DNA from: Solirubrobacteraceae bacterium
GTDB taxonomy: Bacteria > Actinomycetota > Thermoleophilia > Solirubrobacterales > Solirubrobacteraceae
Reading direction: 5' to 3'
Assembly: GCA_050696855.1 (NCBI GenBank)
Contig: JBOGYN010000302.1
Span: 1 to 51,063, forward strand
Length of the DNA: 51,063 nucleotides
Shown: piece by piece, positions 8,539 through 17,245 of the stretch
Position numbering within the stretch: the stretch's first letter is position 1
Layout of the letters: each line of letters opens with the position of its first letter
Program-made: the position numbers and the translations under genes
Notes under the pieces: model-generated
Seen by the model: the letters and a program-made list of their open reading frames with translations, nothing else
Told to the model about the DNA's origin: nothing
The model's database searches: none

Positions 8539-9559
8539 GCGCCTCGCCGTCGCGCTCCAGCGCGCGGCGATGCTCGGCCGCCAGCAGCGCCAGGGGTTCG
8601 ATTTCGACCGTCCCCCCGGTCAGGCGCCAGAGCGCCACGGCGCGCCCGCCGGCCAGCGCGAAGCCGCGAAAGATGCCGCCCGAGATCACGCGGCCGGCGT
8701 GCTCGCCGAGGACGGGCTCGCGCCCGTTCCAGCCGAGCAGGAGGGGCTCAAAGGCGCCGAGCAGGCAGGGACCGGGAAGGGGGGCGGCCCGCCCCCGGCG
8801 GGCGAGATCGACGAGGCCCCCGGGCGCCGGGCGCAGCTCGGAGGCGATCGCGGTCAGCCCGGCCCGCGCGTCGCGCAGCGGTAGTCCCGCCCACCGAGCC
8901 AGGTCGCGCTCGTCGGCGGGGCCGTGACCGGCCAGGTAACGGCGGGCAAACTCGGCCAGGGCCCGGTCGCGGGGGATCGGCCGCGCCCGCGGCAGCCAGT
9001 CGCGGACCAGCGCGTAGGCGTGGTGGCGCCCGATCATCGGTCCCCGCACGATCAGCCCGTCGATCGCGGCTCGGAACAGGAGCTGGATCAGGGCCTGACC
9101 CGTGACCGGGACGCCGGCGCGCTCGAGCCGCTCACGCAGCTGCAACCGGGTCAGCGGGCCATCGGCGCCCAGCGCCCGCTCGATCACGGTCAGTCCGCGC
9201 TCGGCGACCGCCGCGTCGATGCCCTCCTGGGCCAGCCGGGTGGCGCTCGAGGTCTTGAGCGGCGGCGTCATCAGCTGCTGTAAGAGCGGATAGTCCTCGC
9301 TGCGCACGAGGTGCAAGGTGCCTCGGTTGAGCCACGTCGTCAGCAGCGAGCGCTCCTCGGTCAGAGCGCGGTCGACGTCGGCGGCACTCAGGCCGCGGCT
9401 GCGAGCCCGGATCGCCAGTCGCGCCCCCCGCGGATCCTGGCCCTGGATGGCCAGCAGGCGCTCGGCCACGGCCAGCGGATCCCGGGCCGGGGCGCCGGCC
9501 AGCAGTTGGGCGGTCAGCCGCCGGGCGTGAACCTGATCCCCGCCCGCCCGGACGCTCAC
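8513..9559 (-). CDS. AlkZ-like (HTH_42, winged helix) DNA glycosylase family protein
   Basis: IQGQD (QxQ motif), TWLNRGTLHL, YLAGHGPADERDLARWAGL; GTG 9559 overlaps the rlmN stop. Confidence 0.8.
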   Translation of the reverse strand: MSVRAGGDQVHARRLTAQLLAGAPARDPLAVAERLLAIQGQDPRGARLAIRARSRGLSAADVDRALTEERSLLTTWLNRGTLHLVRSEDYPLLQQLMTPPLKTSSATRLAQEGIDAAVAERGLTVIERALGADGPLTRLQLRERLERAGVPVTGQALIQLLFRAAIDGLIVRGPMIGRHHAYALVRDWLPRARPIPRDRALAEFARRYLAGHGPADERDLARWAGLPLRDARAGLTAIASELRPAPGGLVDLARRGRAAPLPGPCLLGAFEPLLLGWNGREPVLGEHAGRVISGGIFRGFALAGGRAVALWRLTGGTVEIEPLALLAAEHRRALERDGEALSRWLGLA

Positions 9560-10545
9560 GCCGCCGTGGATTCGGCGGCGAGCTGGCCGCACGCCGCAGC
9601 GATCTCGCGCCCCCGGGTGAGACGGACCGTGGCCGGTATGCCCTGGCGCTCGAGCTCGGCCCGGAAGGCCTCGATCGCCTTGGGGCCCGAGCCCTCGTAG
9701 GGCGAGTCGGTCGGGTTGTAGGGGATCAGGTTGACCTTGAACAGCCGCGGGTCCAGGAGCCCGGCGAGCGCCCGCGCCTGGGCGAAGGAATCGTTGACGC
9801 CGGCCAGCATCACGTACTCGACGAACACCATCCGGCGCTTGCGTTCGTAGTGGCGCCGGCAGGCGGCGAGCACGTCGGCGAGCGGATAGCGCTGATTGAC
9901 CGGCATCAGGTCCGAGCGCAGCGCATCATCGGCGGCGTGTAGGGAGAGCGCGAGGCGGATCGGCATCCGCTCCTGCGTCAGCTGCTCGATGCCGGGAATC
10001 CAGCCAACGGTCGAGATCGCCGTGTGGCGGTGGGAGATCCCCAGGTCTGGCAGGCGCCGGCACGCCTCGAGCACCGCATCGAGGTTCATCATCGGCTCGC
10101 CCATGCCCATGAACACGGCGTGATCCACGGGACCTGAGCGACGGAAGTGAAGCGCCTGGTCGAGGATCTCCGAAGCGGTCAGGTTGCGCCCGAAGCGCAT
10201 CTGTCCGGTGGCGCAAAAGGTGCAGGTCAGCGGGCAGCCCGACTGCGAGGAGAGACACAGCGAGCGGCGCCCGTCACGGTAGGTCATCAACACCGCCTCG
10301 AGCGGGCGTTCGTCTGCGGTCCGGAGCAGGGCCTTGACCGTCCCGTCCCGGGCGTGGGCTTCGTCTTCGGTGGTCAGGCTCGAGAACGGCACCGCGTCGG
10401 CCAGCGCGGCGCGCAGCTCGAGCGGCAGATTGGTCATCGCGGCGAAGTCCTCGGCCCCCTGTGCAGCCCAGCCCCAGATCTGGCGGCTGCGGTAGCCGGG
10501 CTGGCCCAACTCGGCCAGCGTGTTGTCCAGGAGCTCGAGGTCCAT
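9556..10545 (-). CDS. rlmN: 23S rRNA (adenine2503-C2)-methyltransferase
   Basis: SSQSGCPLTCTFCATG radical-SAM CxxxCxxC, MGMGEP, SLHA and AACGQL motifs. Confidence 0.97.
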   Translation of the reverse strand: MDLELLDNTLAELGQPGYRSRQIWGWAAQGAEDFAAMTNLPLELRAALADAVPFSSLTTEDEAHARDGTVKALLRTADERPLEAVLMTYRDGRRSLCLSSQSGCPLTCTFCATGQMRFGRNLTASEILDQALHFRRSGPVDHAVFMGMGEPMMNLDAVLEACRRLPDLGISHRHTAISTVGWIPGIEQLTQERMPIRLALSLHAADDALRSDLMPVNQRYPLADVLAACRRHYERKRRMVFVEYVMLAGVNDSFAQARALAGLLDPRLFKVNLIPYNPTDSPYEGSGPKAIEAFRAELERQGIPATVRLTRGREIAAACGQLAAESTAA

Positions 10546-10567
10546 GCTCACTATGGTGACAGCGGAC

Positions 10568-11272
10568 ATGCGCCTCGCGAAGTTTCTGGCCAACGCCGGT
10601 GTCGCCAGCCGCCGGGCCGCCGAGGAGATCGTGCGGGCCGGCCGGGTCAGCGTCGACGGGGAGCAGGTGCTCGATCCGGCCCGGGCCGTGACCCCCGAGA
10701 CGGGCGTTCAGCTCGACGGCGCTCCCGTCGTCCTGGAGACGACCCGCGCCGTCTACGCGGTCAACAAGCCGGCCGGCGTCGTCTCCACCGCCTCAGACCC
10801 CCAGGGGCGTCGGACCGTCGTTTCGTTGATCGAGTCCGAGCTGCGGCTGTACCCGGTCGGGCGCCTGGACATCGATACCACCGGTCTGATCCTGCTCACC
10901 AACGACGGCAGCCTCGCCTATCAGATGATGCACCCCGGCTTCGAGGTCCCCAAGACCTACCGAGCCCGGGTGTGGAAGCCGCCCGTGGGGGAGGAGGCGC
11001 TCGCCGCCCTGCGGCGCGGTGTCGTGCTCGACGATGGGCCGACCGCCCCCGCCCAAGTCCGCCGCCTGCGCGCCGACACGATCGAGCTCACGATCCACGA
11101 GGGGCGAAAGCGCCAGGTCAAGCGCATGTGCGAGCACGTCGGGCACCGGGTGCGCAGCCTCGAGCGCGTCGCCTTCGGACCCCTGACCCTCGGCCCGCTC
11201 GGGCCCGGCGCATACCGGCGGCTTAGCAGCACTGAGGTGCAGGCCCTGCTGGCGGCGGCCGAGACCGCCTAA
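10568..11272 (+). CDS. rluB: rRNA pseudouridine synthase (RluB/RsuA family)
   Basis: S4 domain MRLAKFLANAGVASRRAAEE, GRLDIDTTGL catalytic Asp, EGRKRQVKRM. Confidence 0.9.
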   Translation: MRLAKFLANAGVASRRAAEEIVRAGRVSVDGEQVLDPARAVTPETGVQLDGAPVVLETTRAVYAVNKPAGVVSTASDPQGRRTVVSLIESELRLYPVGRLDIDTTGLILLTNDGSLAYQMMHPGFEVPKTYRARVWKPPVGEEALAALRRGVVLDDGPTAPAQVRRLRADTIELTIHEGRKRQVKRMCEHVGHRVRSLERVAFGPLTLGPLGPGAYRRLSSTEVQALLAAAETA

Positions 11273-11331
11273 CCGAATCGCAACTTGTCGCCTAGGTGCT
11301 GCACCGGCGCGGACGGCACTATCTAGGTTGG

Positions 11332-12834
11332 ATGCTTCAGGAGCAAGGACAGGGCGACGCGCCGATCTCGTTCTCGACGGCCCCCGTGGCGGGCGCCGGC
11401 GCGACGGCCGGAACCGAGCCCCGGATCACGCTGGGCGGACTTCGCCGGCCGCACTGGACGACGTCCGTGCCCTGGCCGCGCTGGCGCTTTGGCGCGCTGG
11501 CGGGCCGGGTCGCCGTCGCCGCCCTGATCCTGGGCACGTTCCTGGTGGTGCTGGTCGCCGCGTCGGGCCCCTCGGTCCTGGTCCCCCGCAGCACCGTGGT
11601 CTACCCGGGCTGGCAGGCCGGCCCGCTGCACACGCTGATCCCGCTCATCACCCACAACCCGCACGCGATGGGGATCGCCTACAGCGCGGTGCTGATCCTG
11701 ATGTTTGGCGCCTACGCGGTCGCGCTGGCCGCGGTGCGCGCGCTCTCGATGCGGGTGATCGTCGGGGCCGTGATCGCCCTGGAGCTGATCCTGCTGCTGA
11801 GCCCGCCGCTGCAGCTCAACGACGTCTTCAACTACCTCGGCTACGGGCGGCTGGGCGGTCTGCATCACCTCAACCCGTACACGCACGTGATCAAGCAGGA
11901 GTTCTTCGATCCCGTGTTCCGGTTCTCGAGCTGGCACAACCTGCGCAGCCCCTACGGCTCGCTGTTCAGCGCCATCACCTACCCGCTGGCGCTGTTGCCG
12001 CTGGCGGTCTCCTACTGGATCTTGAAAGTTCTGACGGTCGCGCTCAGCCTCGCGTTCCTGGCCCTGGTCTACCGGTGCGCCCGCCAGCTCGGGCGCGATC
12101 CGCGGTTCGCGCTCGTGTTCGTGGCCCTGAACCCGATTTACCTGCTCTACGCGGTCGGCGGCTTTCACAATGACTTCTTCATGCTCGTCCCGTCGATGGG
12201 GGCGATCACGTTGCTGCTCGCCGGCCGCGACCGTGCCGCCGGCGCCGCGATCGTGATCGCGATCGCGATCAAGTTCACCGCCGTGCTGCTGCTGCCGTTC
12301 CTGCTCGTGGCCGCTTTGACCCGGCCTCGGCGCGTGCGGCTGCTGGTCGGGGCCGCGCTCACCGCGGTGCCGATGGTCGCTATCCAGCTGGCCCTGTTTG
12401 GCCTCTCGATCCCCAACCTGTCGGATCAGAGCGCGCTGCTCACCGACTTCAGCGTCCCCAACGTCGTCGGCCTGGTGATCGGAACCGGCGGCGGCTCGCC
12501 CGGACTCCTGCGGCTGGCCACCGTCGCGGTGGTGCTCGTGGTCGCCTTCCAGGTCTACCGCCGCCGCGACTGGCTCTCGGCCGCCGGATGGTCGACCTTC
12601 GCGCTCATCGCCAGCCTCGCCTGGCTGGTTCCCTGGTACATCATCTGGCTGCTGCCCCTGGCCGCACTGGCCACCAATATCAACCTGCGCCGGGTCGCCC
12701 TGGTGATGACCGCGTACCTGATCTTCGCCTTCATGCCCGCCACCGGCCTATTCTTCTCCGCCCACGGGATTGACCTCCTCGGCAGCTCCGTCGGGCAGGC
12801 CTCGAAGTCCCATCAACATAAGCTCGCGGGTTGA
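11332..12834 (+). CDS. Polyprenol-phosphate-sugar-dependent glycosyltransferase (GT-C; GT87/MptB-like)
   Basis: PLQLNDVFNYLGYG...NPY, SPYG, ALNP...GGFHND, AIKF and PWY motifs typical of MptA/MptB-like proteins; multi-TM. Confidence 0.75.
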   Translation: MLQEQGQGDAPISFSTAPVAGAGATAGTEPRITLGGLRRPHWTTSVPWPRWRFGALAGRVAVAALILGTFLVVLVAASGPSVLVPRSTVVYPGWQAGPLHTLIPLITHNPHAMGIAYSAVLILMFGAYAVALAAVRALSMRVIVGAVIALELILLLSPPLQLNDVFNYLGYGRLGGLHHLNPYTHVIKQEFFDPVFRFSSWHNLRSPYGSLFSAITYPLALLPLAVSYWILKVLTVALSLAFLALVYRCARQLGRDPRFALVFVALNPIYLLYAVGGFHNDFFMLVPSMGAITLLLAGRDRAAGAAIVIAIAIKFTAVLLLPFLLVAALTRPRRVRLLVGAALTAVPMVAIQLALFGLSIPNLSDQSALLTDFSVPNVVGLVIGTGGGSPGLLRLATVAVVLVVAFQVYRRRDWLSAAGWSTFALIASLAWLVPWYIIWLLPLAALATNINLRRVALVMTAYLIFAFMPATGLFFSAHGIDLLGSSVGQASKSHQHKLAG

Positions 12835-12875
12835 GTAAACCCTGCGCCGGAGCGGGAAATTGTTAGCTTGGCGCC

Positions 12876-14543
12876 GTGCGCATTGAATCGCAGCTGCTAG
12901 CGGGCGTCCCCGGCTCAGTGCCAGGCGAGACGAGCGTGGGAGCCCGGCGCCGTTCGCGGATCGACCGCGTCGAGCTGGTGCTGCTGGCCGCGTTCGCGCT
13001 GATGTCAATGTGGATCGTCGCCGTCGACGTCTGGCAGGCCGTCGCCCACGACCGCGTCTGGACGGGCACCGACGGCTTCTTCATCGTCGATCAGATGCAG
13101 TACCTGGCCTGGATCCAGTCCGCCTCGCACCATCTCCTGGTCTCCAACCTGTTCGTGCTGCGCGACACTCCCTCGGACTACTTCCAGCCCGCCGTGGCGA
13201 TCTCGGGGGTGGTGGCGGCGCTCGGGGTGGCGCCCTGGCTCGCGCTGCTGCTGTGGAAGCCGGTCGCAGTGGTCGGCACCTTCTTCGCCCTGCGCGCTTA
13301 CGCCCACCGGACGGTGACGACGACCGGCCAGCGCCGCGCGGTGATCGTCCTCGGCCTGTTCTTCGGTTCCTTCACCATCGTCTACGGGTCGTTCGGGATC
13401 GTCGGCGACATGATGCCCGGCTGGCTTTCGTGGGGTTACCCGTTCGGGCTGATCGCGGTGGCGCTGATCGTGTTCGCGCTCCTCGGCTACGGGCAGGCCC
13501 GCGAGCGCGGCGAGCTGGCCTGGGGACCGGGACTGCTGGGCGCGGTGGCCAGCACGCTGCATCCGTGGCAGGGCGAGCTACTGATCCTGATCGTCCTCAT
13601 GGCCGAGCTGATCCGGTGGCGTGAGCATCGGCGTGGGCAGGCCCTGGGGCTGCCGCTGCTGACGCTGGTGCTGACCGGAGCGCCACTTCTTTACTACCTG
13701 GCCCTCGGGCACATCGACCTGTCCTGGGGGCTGGCCCGCGAAGCCAGCAAGCACACATTCTCGCTGGGCACGATCGCGCTCGGGGTTGCGCCGCTGGCGC
13801 TGGTGGCGGCGCTTGGCTATCGCGGGCGCCCGCGGAACTTCCTCGAGCTCATGACCCGGCTGTGGCCGCTCGCCGCGCTGCTCATCTGGGGGCTGTCGGC
13901 CTCGGCTCTGAGCGCCACCCCGCTGCACGCCTTCAACGGGATCACGCTGCCGATGGCGGTGCTCGCCGTCACCGGCGTCACCCGGCAGGGCTGGCATCGT
14001 TTGCCGCGGGCGCGGATCGCCGGCGCGCTCGCGCTGGCCGCCGCGACGATTCCCGCCAATGCCTACGCGATTGTCGTCGCCCCGACCTACGTCGCGCCGA
14101 CGTCCGGCAACGCCAACTTCATCACCCGCGACGAGCACCGGGCCCTGGCCTTCCTGCGTCGCGATCCCGACGACGGCGGCGTGCTGACCCAGTTCTACCT
14201 GGGCGAGACCGTCCCCGCCCAGACCGGCCGTCACACCCTGGTCGGCGACTGCCTGTGGTCACAGCCGGCCTGCATGCCGCGTTCGCTGACCGCCGACGCC
14301 CTGTTTGAAGGCAAGATGACCCGCGCTCAGGCGCGCGCCTTCGTGCGCTCGAGCGGGGCGCGCTTCGTTCTCGCCAGCTGCGCGCCGCGCGTCAACCTGC
14401 GGCGCCTGCTGGGCCCGCTGATCGTTTCTGTGCACCGCTTCGGGTGCGCGGCCGTGCTTGACCTCGGCCAGGCCGGTAAGGCCGAGGGTCCTCTGGCAGA
14501 ATTACCGACTCATGCGGCTGTTCGCGCTCCGCGGCGCCAATAG
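12876..14543 (+). CDS. Large multi-pass membrane protein, possibly GT-C fold
   Basis: About 12 hydrophobic segments, first-loop DQMQYLAWI motif, soluble C-terminal domain; extended -10 TGtTAGCTT 6 nt before the GTG. Confidence 0.55.
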   Translation: MRIESQLLAGVPGSVPGETSVGARRRSRIDRVELVLLAAFALMSMWIVAVDVWQAVAHDRVWTGTDGFFIVDQMQYLAWIQSASHHLLVSNLFVLRDTPSDYFQPAVAISGVVAALGVAPWLALLLWKPVAVVGTFFALRAYAHRTVTTTGQRRAVIVLGLFFGSFTIVYGSFGIVGDMMPGWLSWGYPFGLIAVALIVFALLGYGQARERGELAWGPGLLGAVASTLHPWQGELLILIVLMAELIRWREHRRGQALGLPLLTLVLTGAPLLYYLALGHIDLSWGLAREASKHTFSLGTIALGVAPLALVAALGYRGRPRNFLELMTRLWPLAALLIWGLSASALSATPLHAFNGITLPMAVLAVTGVTRQGWHRLPRARIAGALALAAATIPANAYAIVVAPTYVAPTSGNANFITRDEHRALAFLRRDPDDGGVLTQFYLGETVPAQTGRHTLVGDCLWSQPACMPRSLTADALFEGKMTRAQARAFVRSSGARFVLASCAPRVNLRRLLGPLIVSVHRFGCAAVLDLGQAGKAEGPLAELPTHAAVRAPRRQ

Positions 14544-14877
14544 CGTCGAGGCGAACCAGTCAGACGCGATCCTCGAGGCCACCGACCTGCTGATCCGTGA
14601 GCTGATGGATCGCAACTCGCTGACGCCGGAGGCGATGGTGAGCTGCATCTTCACGCTCACCGAGGACCTGGACGCCGAGTTTCCCGCCGTCGCCGCGCGC
14701 CGGCTGGGTCTGGATCGGGTGCCGCTGCTGTGCGCTCGCGAGGTCCCGGTGCCGGGCGCGCTGCCGCGCGTGATCCGCGTCCTGGTCCACTACTACGCGG
14801 ACCCCGAGCACCAGCCTCGGCATGTGTACCTGGGCGCGGCCCGAGCCCTGCGCCGCGACCTCGAATCGGCACAATGA
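14512..14877 (+). CDS. aroH: Chorismate mutase, AroH class
   Basis: ALRGA, FTLTEDLDAEFPA, HVYLGAARALRRDL. Confidence 0.95.
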   Translation: MRLFALRGANSVEANQSDAILEATDLLIRELMDRNSLTPEAMVSCIFTLTEDLDAEFPAVAARRLGLDRVPLLCAREVPVPGALPRVIRVLVHYYADPEHQPRHVYLGAARALRRDLESAQ

Positions 14878-15965
14878 GCGGCATGGCGATCGAATTTGGT
14901 GAGCGCATCCGGCGGATCCCCGCCTACCCGCTGGCGGCCGGCTATGACCTCGGTCAAGACGTGGCGATGATGGCCTCCAACGAGTGCTGGGTGGCGCCCG
15001 GACAGAGCGTGATCGACGCTGCCGCCGGGGCTCTGACCGGCGTTCACCGCTACCCGGACCCGGCCTACGCGGCGCTGCGCAAGGCGCTCTCGGAGCGCTA
15101 CGGGATCGCGCACCAGCGGATCGCCCTGGGCAACGGCTCGTGTGACCTGCTGCTCGCCGCCGGCGAGGCGCTGCTCGAGCCCGGCGCGGAGATCGTCTAC
15201 GGGTGGCCCGCCTTCAGCGTCTACCCGCACTTGGCCGCCGCCTCCGGCGCCCGCGGAATCCAGGTCCCGCTGGACTCCGAGGACCGTCACGACCTCGACG
15301 CGATGGCCCGGGAAATAACCGTCGCCACCCGGCTGGTCCTGGTCTGCAACCCCAACAACCCAACTTCGACCTCGTTGCCGCTGGAGGCCGTCGAGGCCTT
15401 CCTCGAGCGCGTGCCCAGCCACGTGTGCGTGATCCTGGACGAGGCCTATTGCGAATACGCGCTCGTCCTCGGGGACACCTATGCGTCGCTAGAGCTGCTG
15501 CGCCGGTGGCCCAACCTGGTGCTGCTGCGGACCTTCTCCAAGGTCTACGGCCTGGCCGGACTGCGGGTCGGCTACGGGTTGTGTGGCTCGGAGGACTTCC
15601 GCGCCGCCGTGGATCAGGTTCGCCAGCCCTTCTATCTCAACATGGCCGCCCAGGCGGCCGCCGTGCAGGCGCTCAATCACCAGGACGAGGTCGAGCGCCG
15701 CGTGGCCCGGACCGTGGCCGCCCGCCTCGAGCTGACCTACGGGCTGCGTGAGCTCGGCCTGTGGACGGCTGACTCAGACGCCAACTTCGTCTGGACCCAC
15801 CTGCCCGACGAGGTCGTGGAAGCGGATCTGATCAACGGCCTGGCCGAGCGTGGCGTGCTGGTCAGGGCCGGGGCCTCTCTGGGTCGCGAGAACTCGCTGC
15901 GGGTCACGGTCGGCTCCGATTCCGAGAACGCCCGCTTCCTGACCGCCCTCGCCCAGTTGCTCTAA
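14874..15965 (+). CDS. hisC: Histidinol-phosphate / aromatic amino acid aminotransferase
   Basis: SNE, GNGS, CNPNNPT, DEAY and RTFSKVYGLAGLRVGY PLP-lysine motif; alternative start at 14883. Confidence 0.9.
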   Translation: MSGMAIEFGERIRRIPAYPLAAGYDLGQDVAMMASNECWVAPGQSVIDAAAGALTGVHRYPDPAYAALRKALSERYGIAHQRIALGNGSCDLLLAAGEALLEPGAEIVYGWPAFSVYPHLAAASGARGIQVPLDSEDRHDLDAMAREITVATRLVLVCNPNNPTSTSLPLEAVEAFLERVPSHVCVILDEAYCEYALVLGDTYASLELLRRWPNLVLLRTFSKVYGLAGLRVGYGLCGSEDFRAAVDQVRQPFYLNMAAQAAAVQALNHQDEVERRVARTVAARLELTYGLRELGLWTADSDANFVWTHLPDEVVEADLINGLAERGVLVRAGASLGRENSLRVTVGSDSENARFLTALAQLL

Positions 15966-16018
15966 CGCCACCGGCCGGGCCTAGCGCCAACGGGCGGGCC
16001 TAGCGCCAACGGGCGGGC
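15962..16018 (+). repeat. 19-bp tandem repeat, 3 copies (ctagcgccaacgggcgggc)
   Basis: Copies at 15962 (degenerate), 15981 and 16000, with no spacers. Confidence 0.85.
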
Positions 16019-16059
16019 CTTGGCAGAACCGCCTGGGTCTGGTAGAACCCGCAGCGCGC

Positions 16060-16152
16060 ATGAACGAGCCTGCCCGGACCGCGACTCGCAGCACCGACGC
16101 CGCCTTCGGCTGGTCCTTCTACGCGCGCTTCTACGCCTGGCGATTTAGCTAG
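16060..16152 (+). CDS. Putative aromatic-amino-acid leader (attenuator) peptide, 30 aa
   Basis: ATG...TAG translates to MNEPARTATRSTDAAFGWSFYARFYAWRFS; 8 of the last 15 residues are F/Y/W; ends 160 nt upstream of the DAHP synthase start. Confidence 0.8.
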   Translation: MNEPARTATRSTDAAFGWSFYARFYAWRFS

Positions 16153-16312
16153 GCGCCCGACCCTCGACCGCAAGGTCGCCCTGCGCCCGCCTGGTGGCGG
16201 GACAGCTCGGAGGTCGGGCGCCGGAGAACCCCCAAGTGGGGCCGTTTACGGCTCCGCAACCGGCCCGCGCGCCGCTTCTCGTAGATTCCCAGGTACAGGA
16301 AAGGACCAGCAG
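16152..16312 (+). promoter_or_regulatory. Structured aro leader RNA with alternative pairings
   Basis: GGCGCCCGACC (16152-62) pairs with GGTCGGGCGCC (16212-22); internal CGACC-GCAA-GGTCG and CCCGCC-tggt-GGCGGG hairpins; SD-like AGGAAAGGA before the ATG at 16313. Confidence 0.6.
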
Positions 16313-17245
16313 ATGATGATCGTGATGAAACCGACCGCCACCGAAGAGGAGGTGGAGGCAGTACTTGTCGACCGGGTGCTGCCGATCTCCAAGCCGTACA
16401 AGCTCGCCTCGGCCGAAATCGCCCACGGTCAGCGCTCGGTGCTCGACATCGGCGGGCGCCCGGTGGGTGGCCCGCACTTCGCCCTGATCGCCGGGCCGTG
16501 CACGGTCGAATCGCGCGACCAGACGCTCGAGACCGCCCGCATCGTCTGCGACGCCGGGGCGACGCTGTTTCGCGGCGGCGCCTACAAGCCCCGCACCTCA
16601 CCCTACGCTTTTCAGGGACTGGGCCAGGAGGGTCTGCGGCTGCTCGCCGAGGCCAAGGCACAGACTGGCCTTCCGATCGTCACCGAGGTCATGGACGCGC
16701 GTGACCTCGAGGCCGTCCTCGAGGTCGCCGACGTGATCCAGATCGGCGCGCGCAACATGCAGAACTACACGCTGCTCACCGAGATCGGGCGCTCGGGGTG
16801 CCCGGCAATGATCAAGCGCGGGCTCTCGAGCACGCTCGAGGAGCTGCTGATGGCCTCCGAGTACATCCTCAAGGAGGGCAACGAGTCGGTGATGCTGTGC
16901 GAGCGGGGGATCCGGACGTTCGAGACCGCCTACCGCTTCACTCTGGACCTGATGGCCGTCCCAGTGCTCAAGGAGATGACCCACCTGCCGGTGATCGTCG
17001 ATCCCAGCCACGCTGCCGGGCGCCGTGACCTCGTCCTGCCGCTGTCCATGGCGGCGGCCGCCGCGGGCGCCGACGGGATCATCGTCGAGGTCCATCCGGC
17101 CCCCGACGAGGCGATCTGCGACGGGCCCCAGCAGCTGGTCGCCGCCGAGTTTCAGGACTACGCCGATCGCGTCCGGGCGGCGGCGGCGCTGGCCGGCAAG
17201 GTGGCCGCTGAGCCGATCGCCGCCGGAGCGCTGCAGCTGACGTGA
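16313..17245 (+). CDS. aroF: DAHP synthase, type I-beta, with apparently truncated N-terminal regulatory domain
   Basis: [51 protein letters not shown]. Confidence 0.95.
   Translation: MMIVMKPTATEEEVEAVLVDRVLPISKPYKLASAEIAHGQRSVLDIGGRPVGGPHFALIAGPCTVESRDQTLETARIVCDAGATLFRGGAYKPRTSPYAFQGLGQEGLRLLAEAKAQTGLPIVTEVMDARDLEAVLEVADVIQIGARNMQNYTLLTEIGRSGCPAMIKRGLSSTLEELLMASEYILKEGNESVMLCERGIRTFETAYRFTLDLMAVPVLKEMTHLPVIVDPSHAAGRRDLVLPLSMAAAAAGADGIIVEVHPAPDEAICDGPQQLVAAEFQDYADRVRAAAALAGKVAAEPIAAGALQLT

Noticed and set aside
15962..16018. Possible mini CRISPR array
   Set aside because: The 19-bp units abut with no unique spacers, and there are no cas genes in the window.
16152..16312. T-box or classic intrinsic terminator in the aro leader
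   Set aside because: No T-box consensus (GGTGGNACCGCG-like) and no U-tract after any hairpin.
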